Assembly (NCBI GenBank): GCA_041662745.1
Contig: JBAZRV010000003.1
Span: 60,001 to 92,000 of the forward strand
DNA from: Patescibacteria group bacterium
GTDB taxonomy: Bacteria > Patescibacteriota > Patescibacteriia > 2-01-FULL-39-33
Length of the DNA: 32,000 bases
Direction: 5' to 3'
This document shows positions 25,283 through 32,000 of this stretch, piece after piece (the first letter of the stretch is position 1; every line of letters starts with the position of its first letter). The notes below the pieces were generated by a model. That model was not told the origin of the DNA, did not search any database, and saw only the letters and a program-made list of their open reading frames with translations. Made by a program: the position numbers and the translations under genes.

Positions 25283-26476
25283 CTAACGAACCATTGATAA
25301 TTTAACATCCGAACGAACGGTGTGGCGGTAGCTCACGCTATATCGTTTTCGCAAATACTCATCCAAAATATTGCAACATTCTTGGTAGTGCCTCTCCCAC
25401 TCCCTAATTTTTTGGGCGCTGAATTTTTCCGGATCTTTGCCTTCTCGCAAAGCTTTGGCCTTAAGCCGGGCAAGAGTCGGGCCGTAAGGCTTTAGGGGGC
25501 CGATATGGACGCGCAAAGCGAAGTTCTCAATATGTCTTTCAATCATCTCTAGCCATTTTTTCAAGCTGGCCGGATTCGGATTGTACATTTGCGGGAAAAT
25601 ATCCAGCCCTGCTTCCACTAATGTGCGCAGACAGAAAACCTGATCGGAAATAGTGGCGTTGGCTTGGACATTGTCTTGCAGATTGGCATTGTCCGTACCC
25701 TTAATGGCGGCTAAGACTTTAACCGGAAAAACTGCCAGATGACGGTAATAATCAATCGGCCACAAATGAGGCGTGGAGAGATTGGTGTCCACTTGTCCGA
25801 CCATATCCTCTCCCCGTTCTTCAATTCGGCGCCAGAGTTTGATAATCCAGTCCAGCACTACGGTCGGCTCGCCGCCGGAAACGCGCAGGACTTTAATATT
25901 CAGATCAATCCCGGTTTGTTTTTTGTAAATTTCCCGCACCTTATCCCGAGCCATTAAGAAGCTGTCAATAACATCGTCAACCTCAACCAGCCATTTATTT
26001 CCGGTTTGACGCAGGCCGTCATTGAGTTTGTTATCCACAAAACAGTAGAGACAACCGCCGTCGCAGGTTCCGGAATGGAAATTGCAGCCGGCGACCTGGA
26101 GGATAAATGGCGCATTATAATCTAAGGCGCGGGACAATTCATAGCCTGCGATATGCTTGTACCACAAGGCAAAATCAAATTCTTGCTGCTTGAGATAGTC
26201 TTCAATTACTCCCGGAGACATCTTGCCGATGTCAATGAAGTCCTTGCCGTAAGCCTTGGCCGCCAAGGGATCAACATCTTTGGCATTGAATTTGAACCGG
26301 AAAACGCGTCGGCCGTCCCGGTTAGGCATCAGGTCTATAACCTTGCTTGTGTCTTGGCCTTGCAGCGAATCGGAAAAATCCGCTACCAGTAGCCGTCCCC
26401 CCGGCGTGATTACGGTTTGGCGCAAGGCGGTGGCGCGATCTAATGGACTTTGGACATACGACGGATTTTTAGACAT
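25283..26476 (-). CDS. Radical SAM domain protein of unassigned subfamily
   Basis: 397 aa. It has CX3CX2C as C138-DGG-C142-LY-C145 (nt 26042-26065), preceded by an extra Cys in AGCNFHSGTC. VSGGEPT is the SAM-binding GGE motif. About 130 aa at the N-terminus and about 100 aa at the C-terminus are unrecognised. No SPASM-type C-terminal Cys cluster. Confidence 0.8.
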   Translation of the reverse strand: MSKNPSYVQSPLDRATALRQTVITPGGRLLVADFSDSLQGQDTSKVIDLMPNRDGRRVFRFKFNAKDVDPLAAKAYGKDFIDIGKMSPGVIEDYLKQQEFDFALWYKHIAGYELSRALDYNAPFILQVAGCNFHSGTCDGGCLYCFVDNKLNDGLRQTGNKWLVEVDDVIDSFLMARDKVREIYKKQTGIDLNIKVLRVSGGEPTVVLDWIIKLWRRIEERGEDMVGQVDTNLSTPHLWPIDYYRHLAVFPVKVLAAIKGTDNANLQDNVQANATISDQVFCLRTLVEAGLDIFPQMYNPNPASLKKWLEMIERHIENFALRVHIGPLKPYGPTLARLKAKALREGKDPEKFSAQKIREWERHYQECCNILDEYLRKRYSVSYRHTVRSDVKLSMVR

Positions 26477-26933
26477 AATGCTTTTCTCCCTCCTTTAAGA
26501 GTTTTGCGAATTCTTCAGCTAGGACTTGCAATTTTTGTTTGTCTTCCTCTGTCAGTCCGGCCAGAATCTGTTCTCCTCGGAAATGCAATTTTTGTAACAA
26601 AATGTAGGCTGATTTAGCGGCGATGTTGATTTCAGTTATCAATTCGGCAACTTCCATGCACCACAAAGCAGTACCTACTGAATCCTCATACCAATCGCCG
26701 GTATTTCCGCAATAACGGTAAAATCGGCAATCCCGGAAGAAAACAGCAAAAGCTTTCTGCTTGCTTAATTCTTTTAGGATATTGCATATCCTGCCTATGC
26801 GATTATCAATGATAATCTGACAATCGATTAGGCGGCTGATCAGTCCGGGTCCCGAGAGATGGAAAATTACGATGAGCAAATTTAGCATGTCAAGTTTTCC
26901 AGCCGGTGTTCGGTTGCGCGCTGTTGTCGGCAT
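26469..26933 (-). CDS. Hypothetical protein, translationally coupled partner of the radical SAM gene
   Basis: 154 aa. Strong SD gagggagg (26949-26942). Its stop overlaps the downstream ATG in ATGTCTAA (26469-26476). It looks helical, with 5 Cys including DCRFYRYCG. No family recognised. Confidence 0.7.
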   Translation of the reverse strand: MPTTARNRTPAGKLDMLNLLIVIFHLSGPGLISRLIDCQIIIDNRIGRICNILKELSKQKAFAVFFRDCRFYRYCGNTGDWYEDSVGTALWCMEVAELITEINIAAKSAYILLQKLHFRGEQILAGLTEEDKQKLQVLAEEFAKLLKEGEKHYV

Positions 26934-26990
26934 ATCTGTTACCTCCCTCGGTTATCGCTGGCTTATTAAGTTTTAATGTTCGGTTGAGTT

Positions 26991-27019
26991 ATCTTACTAT
27001 ATTGGGGGAGAAATGTCAA
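26991..27019 (-). promoter_or_regulatory. Sigma70-type promoter of the 154-aa / radical SAM operon
   Basis: On the minus strand: ttgaca (27019-27014), 17-nt spacer, taagat (26996-26991). Confidence 0.65.
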
Positions 27020-27020
27020 A

Positions 27021-27057
27021 TAAAAAATATCCTCGCAAACCTGCTTTGCGAGGATAT
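27021..27057 (-). terminator. Rho-independent terminator after secF
   Basis: 13-bp stem atatcctcgcaaa (27027-27039) / tttgcgaggatat (27045-27057), 5-nt loop. The A-run at 27022-27027 gives the U-run on the minus strand. Confidence 0.85.
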
Positions 27058-27068
27058 TGCCGTATGAA

Positions 27069-27974
27069 TTATTTTTTCAATTTTTTGTCCCAGATATTCC
27101 AGTCTAACAGCAAACAAGAAGCGATAAAAATCGAGGAGTAAGTGCCGATAAAAATACCTACCAGAAGCGCCAGAGTAAAGTTTTTAGTGCTGGCCCCGCC
27201 AAATAAGTAGAGGCAAAATAGAACCAGTAACACCGTTAAAGAAGTGTTGATGGAGCGCGTTACGGTTTGGTTGACTGAATCGTTAACCACCTCATCAAAT
27301 TTTCCGGTATAGAATCTGCCTAAATTTTCTCTGGTGCGGTCAAATACTACGATAGTGTCATGGACGGAAAAACCCATAATGGTTAGCAGCGCGGTAATGA
27401 ATAAACCGTCAACTTCCACGCCGGCAAAGCGTCCCAGAACGGCAAATAAGCCGACGACAATAGTAACGTCGTGGATTAGGGCTAAAATAGCCGAAACGCC
27501 GTATTTCCAGGAAGCGACCGGTTTGGAGACTTTGCGAAAAGCAAAAGCAATGTAGATAATAATGCACAGGGAGGCTACCAGAATAGCCAGCCAGGCCTTT
27601 TTCTGCAGTTCTTGGCCGATTACCGGACCGATTGATTCAAATCTTAATTCTTGGCTTTGGCCGGGGAATTTATCATTGATAGACTGCAGAATTTGCTGAT
27701 GCTGGTCTTCATTGACGTTTTGAAATTTTAAGATGACATTTCTGTCCCCTGACGGCTGGATAATCACCTCACCCAAATCAAGCGATTTAGTTGCTTCTTG
27801 GATTTCCGTATTTTGCGGTCGGTTGTCGGTAAAAGATAATTCCAAGAGCGATCCGCCGGTAAAATCCAGGCCGGGTTTTAGTCCCCAGGCAATAATAGCC
27901 AAAACGGAAGCAACAAACAGGAAGCCGGACACCAGGTAGTAATATTTGCGATTCTTGATGATTTGTAGTTTCAT
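27069..27974 (-). CDS. secF: Protein translocase subunit SecF
   Basis: 301 aa. GLDFTGGS, then six TM helices of the RND-like SecF layout. It is adjacent to secD. Confidence 0.93.
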   Translation of the reverse strand: MKLQIIKNRKYYYLVSGFLFVASVLAIIAWGLKPGLDFTGGSLLELSFTDNRPQNTEIQEATKSLDLGEVIIQPSGDRNVILKFQNVNEDQHQQILQSINDKFPGQSQELRFESIGPVIGQELQKKAWLAILVASLCIIIYIAFAFRKVSKPVASWKYGVSAILALIHDVTIVVGLFAVLGRFAGVEVDGLFITALLTIMGFSVHDTIVVFDRTRENLGRFYTGKFDEVVNDSVNQTVTRSINTSLTVLLVLFCLYLFGGASTKNFTLALLVGIFIGTYSSIFIASCLLLDWNIWDKKLKK

Positions 27975-28001
27975 ATTTTCTTTATAAATGAGAATCGTTG
28001 A

Positions 28002-29828
28002 TTAAATTTTTTTCTTGATGCCGTACAGCCATTTGTTTTGCGTCCATTTCCATTTAGCGGTTAATAGCAAGAATTGCCGGCTGATGATAATAGCCGAGAA
28101 CATGGAAACGGCAATGCCCAAGGCCAGAGTAAAAGCAAAACCGCGGATAATGCTGGAACCGAACCAGAATAAAATGGCGCAAGTGATTAAAGAGGAAAAG
28201 TTGGAGTCGCGGATTGAAGTCCAGGCGCGACCAAAGCCCTCATCAATGGCTTTCATTATGTCTTTGCCGGCGCGTAGTTCTTCTTTCAGGCGTTCAAAAA
28301 TCAGGATATTGGCGTCTACGGCCATGCCGATGGATAGAATGAAACCGGTAATGCCGGCCAAGGTCATGGTTACATGGATGATTTTAAACAAAGCCAGGGA
28401 GATGGCGGTATAAATTATCAAAGCGATAACTGACAGTAAACCCGGTAAGCGGTAAAAGCCGATCATGAATAAGGCCACGGCCAATAAGCCGATAAAGCCG
28501 GCAAATAAGCTTTTCTGCACTGCTTCTTGGCCCAAGGTGGCTCCGACGGTGGTTTGGGAAACTAATTTGATCGGTACGGGCAAGGCGCCGGCATTTAAGC
28601 GCTGGGCCAATTTTTTGGCTTCATCCTGGGTAAAATTACCTTGAATTACGGCTTGGCCGCCCAAGATCGGTTCATTGACTTTGGGAATGGAAATAGCGGT
28701 GCCATCTAGGAATATGGCGACCGGTTTACCTACGTTTCTGGTGGTGATATCGGCAAATAGTTGAGCGCCCTCATTGTCAAATTCCAAGGATACTTGCGGT
28801 ACTAAGGCAGTCTGATCGTACTCTACTGAGGCCTTTTTTAAATTTTTTCCGGAAAGTTTAGTATTAATCCACTCCGGCTCTTGAGCGATACCCAAATCAA
28901 CCGAAGTCTTGGTTTTTAGTAGGATATGGCGGACACTAACCGTACGGCCATCGCCCGTCCCCTGATCTCCTTCCAGTTTAATGATGTGATAGCCGAAAGC
29001 AGTTTTGACCAGATCATTATAAACTTCGCCGACTTTTAGTTTATTAAACGCAACATCGTCAAATTCGGTGACGAATTGGCCTTTTTTTACGCCCTCATAT
29101 AATCCCCCGTTGTCTTTACTGCCGGGATCCTCGCTATATTGCTTGGCCAAAGCGGAAAAATCGGCTCCATTCTTAATCTGTTGCAAAATGTTCACAGCTT
29201 GCTTGCGCACCGTCAAATTCATATCATCCAATTGTTTCTGTTGTTCCGGGGTTAGTTGTTGCGCTTGCGGATTTTCTTCTTTGAATTCCAGAAGCGGTGT
29301 TTCGCCGATCATTTTGATGGCGGAATTAATGTCATAAACGCCGGCCAATTCCACGCTAATACGCGGTTTATCGCCGGACATTGACGTTTGGACAATCGGC
29401 TCGGAAACGCCTAAGGCATTAACGCGCCGCTCAATAACGTCTTTAGCTCCGGCTAAAGCGTCATTCCTGCCGGCCAGAGGAATTTGTGATAAGTCAGCGT
29501 CATAAGTCAACTGGGCTCCGCCAAGCAAATCAAGGCCAAGACGAAACGGCAGGCCGTAAGATGATAATTCAATTTGTTTAATATTGCGCCAAACCAGCCG
29601 ACTACTGTTGTCGGAAACGTTTTTTTCCATTTTAGGGAAAATGTTCAAGTTAGAAATGACGGGAACGGCGGATAACCCGGCGTCCATAGCGTCAGCCGCT
29701 TTATTTTTGAAGCCGATGATGTCAATATAGGCGGCAATCAAAAACAAAATGGCAATACCGAAAAGCACCCAGCGGAGTCGGCCTCTTTGACCGGGTTTTA
29801 GCAGTTTTTCAAAGAAATTTTGCTGCAT
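28002..29828 (-). CDS. secD: Protein translocase subunit SecD with embedded parvulin-like domain
   Basis: [42 protein letters not shown] and the C-terminal 6-TM bundle. The ATG at 29828 ([10 protein letters not shown]) is preferred, because the TTG at 29873 abuts/lies within the tgttaagat -10 box (29872-29864). Confidence 0.92.
   Translation of the reverse strand: [608 protein letters not shown]
28908..29261 (-). other. PpiC/parvulin-type PPIase-like domain inserted in the SecD periplasmic P1 region
   Basis: [33 protein letters not shown]...[14 protein letters not shown]...[11 protein letters not shown] closely parallels E. coli Par10 ([19 protein letters not shown]...GGDLGEF...FGYHIIKV). 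The His-containing strand VRHILLKT follows this block instead of preceding it. Confidence 0.8.
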
Positions 29829-29946
29829 GTGTTTCTGTGGATAATAGTTAAAATGATGGATAAATCTTAACAAAATTGAGAAAAAAAGGCAAGAACGGCT
29901 AAGAACTCACCTTTTAAATCGCGGCATTAATCGGTTTATCGGTCGG

Positions 29947-30945
29947 TTATATGGCTATCGCCATTTCCACTAAACGGTTGGAATAACCCCATTCATTGTC
30001 ATACCAAGCCAGAACTTTGACCAGATTGCCGTCAACTACGCGAGTGTATTTTAAATCCACAATAGCTGATTCGGTGGTGCCGATAATGTCGGAAGAAACC
30101 AGTTCGTCATCGCCATCAGCAATGCCTAAGATATTTTTGTATAACGGATGTGAAGCCATTTTGCGGAAAGCATCGTTAACTTCCTCCGCAGTAACGTTTT
30201 TTTTGAGAACGGCGGTGATATCTGATAATGAACCGCAGATAACCGGCACGCGAATGGAGATGCCGTCAAATTTGTCTTTAAGCGTCGGGATAACAAGAAT
30301 GGTGGCTTTGGCGGCGCCGGTGGATGATGGCGCCATGTTGGCGGCGCCGGCTCGGCCTCGCCTTAGGTCTTTGGCATCGGGACCGTCAACCAGGCGTTGG
30401 CTGGCGGTGTAAGCATGGATCGTAGTCATAATCGATTTGACAACGCCGAATTTTGATTCCAAGATCTGCATAACCGGAGCGATGCAATTGGTGGTGCAGG
30501 AGGCGTTGGAGATTATGTTGTCGTGGCCGATTAATTTCTTGGTTAATTCCGTGCCGAATACCAAAGTTGTCACTTCATCCTTGGCCGGCGCAGACAAGAC
30601 GACTTTTTTAGCTCCGGCCAGGGCATGCTTTTTTAAATCCTCAGCCTTCTCAAAAACGCCGGTGCATTCTAAAACAACATCAACTTTGTATTTTTTCCAG
30701 GGCAGTTTAGCCGGATCTTTTTCGGCAAAGACCGGTATTTTTTTTCCGTCAACAATAATATTCTGTTTGTCATAAGTCACCTTTTTGCCATAACGGCCAT
30801 AAACCGTATCGTACTTGAGCATATAAGCCAAGGTGCGGGTATCGGTCAGATCATTGATGGCAACAATCTGCGCCCCTCTTTTTTCCAGGGCGATTTTAAA
30901 CGCACAGCGACCGATGCGGCCAAAGCCGTTAATGGCTATTCTCAT
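29947..30945 (-). CDS. gap: Type I glyceraldehyde-3-phosphate dehydrogenase
   Basis: 332 aa. INGFGRIGR, SNASCTTNC (catalytic Cys) and WYDNEWGYS. Confidence 0.96.
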   Translation of the reverse strand: MRIAINGFGRIGRCAFKIALEKRGAQIVAINDLTDTRTLAYMLKYDTVYGRYGKKVTYDKQNIIVDGKKIPVFAEKDPAKLPWKKYKVDVVLECTGVFEKAEDLKKHALAGAKKVVLSAPAKDEVTTLVFGTELTKKLIGHDNIISNASCTTNCIAPVMQILESKFGVVKSIMTTIHAYTASQRLVDGPDAKDLRRGRAGAANMAPSSTGAAKATILVIPTLKDKFDGISIRVPVICGSLSDITAVLKKNVTAEEVNDAFRKMASHPLYKNILGIADGDDELVSSDIIGTTESAIVDLKYTRVVDGNLVKVLAWYDNEWGYSNRLVEMAIAI

Positions 30946-31093
30946 AGATTTGTGTTAGTTAGCTTGATTCGTTGGTATTATAGCACAAAAATAAAAAATT
31001 AAGAAAATAATTGACCGAGGCGGTGATGGCGGAAAAAAATTAAAACCGCCAAGTGCATGGAGCGCGAGGCGGTGACAAGGTGCGTGTATTCAG

Positions 31094-31306
31094 TTATTTA
31101 TCGGACGGTTTTATTTCTGATTCTAATTTTTGCAGTTCTTGGCGTAATTGTCGTGTTATTCGCCGATCCTTGGCGATTAAATCCTTTAGACGCTGGCGAA
31201 AACTCGCAGTAATCGGTTCATTCAGCAGTTCTTCCCATTGACGATTGGCCAAAGCCAGCTGTGCCAAGGTCTTTTTTATCTGTTTGATGCGGCGTTTGGC
31301 GCACAT
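31094..31306 (-). CDS. Hypothetical small coiled-coil basic protein
   Basis: 70 aa. Strong SD ggagg lies 5 nt before the ATG. The sequence is R/K/Q/L-rich and helical. Confidence 0.6.
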   Translation of the reverse strand: MCAKRRIKQIKKTLAQLALANRQWEELLNEPITASFRQRLKDLIAKDRRITRQLRQELQKLESEIKPSDK

Positions 31307-31394
31307 TTTGTCCTCCGTTTGGATTTTAAAATCATTCGCTTTGTCCAGGTTGGCAATATAACAATACGGAAACCGATTAAAATAGCATCTGGCG

Positions 31395-32000
31395 TTAGTC
31401 TTTGATTATCGGAATTTCTACGATTACCGCTTTATCCTGATCGCGTTCTTTGTCTAATTCCACATCAACGCTGCAACGCAAAACATGCCAACCGACGACT
31501 ACGCCGCGGCCATGTTTAGTCTTGACTTTGGTGCCTAAAGCCGGCAATTTGGCTATTAAATCCTGATAGTAGGATTCTTCGTAGGCCAGGCAGCATTTGA
31601 GGCGGCCGCAGATGCCGGATAAACGCTCGGCTCCGCGATGCACGATTTGCTGGTCTTCGGCAAAATCGGAAGACACATTGCCGAGTTTTTTCAGATGTCC
31701 GCGGCAGCATTGCCCCAGTCCGCAAGAACCGACATCGCCTACCAGCTTAGCTTCATCCCTAACGCCGATTTGTTGCAAGCGTATCACGCGATTGAATGTC
31801 CGGCTCAGTTCCTTGACTAATTCGCGGAAATCAATGCGGCCGTCGGCAATAAAAGCAAAAGACAGGCGTTGACCGTCCAAGGAAAAATGCGCGTCAACAA
31901 TCTTCATTTCCAAGCCGTAGCGTTTGACTGCTTCCCGGCAGTCACGGATTACGCCTTCTTTATCTTGCCGGTTTTTTTCCAGCGCTTCCCAGTCGTCGGC
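31395..32000 (-). CDS. PSP1 domain protein (YaaT/RicT-like), 5' end off-window
   Basis: RIDFRELVKELSRTFNRVIRLQQIGVRDEAKLVGDVGSCGLGQCC...GRLKCCL is the PSP1 C-terminal signature. The frame stays open upstream of the TTG at 31913 to the window edge (ADDWEALEKNRQDKEGVIRDCREAVKRYG). Confidence 0.85.
   Translation of the reverse strand, partial: ADDWEALEKNRQDKEGVIRDCREAVKRYGLEMKIVDAHFSLDGQRLSFAFIADGRIDFRELVKELSRTFNRVIRLQQIGVRDEAKLVGDVGSCGLGQCCRGHLKKLGNVSSDFAEDQQIVHRGAERLSGICGRLKCCLAYEESYYQDLIAKLPALGTKVKTKHGRGVVVGWHVLRCSVDVELDKERDQDKAVIVEIPIIKD

Noticed and set aside
19984-26476. Possible AmmeMemoRadiSam-type link between the LigB/Memo-superfamily protein and the radical SAM gene
   Set aside because: The genes are 4.5 kb apart on opposite strands in separate, terminator-bounded units. 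No AMMECR1-like gene is present. The 263-aa protein looks LigB-type rather than Memo-type. The radical SAM Cys context differs from the GCNxxCxxCQN form I associate with that system.
29874-29946. Possible terminator between gap and secD
   Set aside because: Only a weak aaaagg/cctttt pairing with a 20-nt loop precedes the T-run, and the inner gttctt motifs are direct rather than inverted. This is not convincing enough to annotate. The tgttaagat extended -10 for secD in the same interval is more credible.
1-32000. Search for tRNA, rRNA, SRP/RNase P/tmRNA-like RNAs, T-box leaders, CRISPR arrays, IS/transposase genes, and recoded (UGA=Gly) genetics
   Set aside because: The intergenic spaces are short and are accounted for by promoters and terminators. 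The one long non-coding stretch (1-385) lacks tRNA cloverleaf, SRP helix-8 or T-box consensus sequences. There are no regularly spaced direct repeats and no transposase-like ORFs. Housekeeping genes are uninterrupted under the standard code.

Overview
Very gene-dense bacterial chromosomal window using the standard genetic code. TAA, TAG and TGA all close well-formed genes, and no gene is broken by in-frame TGA. Both strands carry mainly housekeeping genes: five aminoacyl-tRNA synthetase genes (pheS, pheT, lysS, serS, gltX), def-fmt, rplU, secD-secF and gap. Also present are a cyclophilin lipoprotein, a histidine phosphatase, an FtsQ-like protein, a Xer-type tyrosine recombinase, an EnvC-like M23 peptidase, surface-glycan genes (TagA/WecG-type, GT2, Wzy-like), a LigB-type protein and a 5'-truncated PSP1/YaaT-like gene at the right edge. 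Many small membrane or hypothetical ORFs lie between them. Several transcription units are bracketed by clear TTGACA-N17-TAnnAT promoters and stem-loop terminators. I found no rRNA, tRNA, CRISPR array, transposase or prophage genes. The gene mix and the short GTCAT-type hairpin repeats fit a small-genome Patescibacteria/CPR-like organism, but that is inference only. The observations most worth follow-up are: (1) an insulated two-gene unit between secDF and rplU, made of a 154-aa unknown protein translationally coupled to an atypical radical SAM enzyme; (2) a SecD whose periplasmic head region is replaced by a parvulin PPIase domain that looks circularly permuted; (3) a small ORF with a metallothionein-like cysteine-rich half and a poly-acidic tail, between the Xer and M23 genes; (4) an AT-rich two-gene cassette (polytopic membrane protein plus C39-like cysteine peptidase) splitting pheS from pheT; (5) a GC-rich hairpin repeat found both in the intergenic repeat cluster upstream of pheS and in frame inside pheT.
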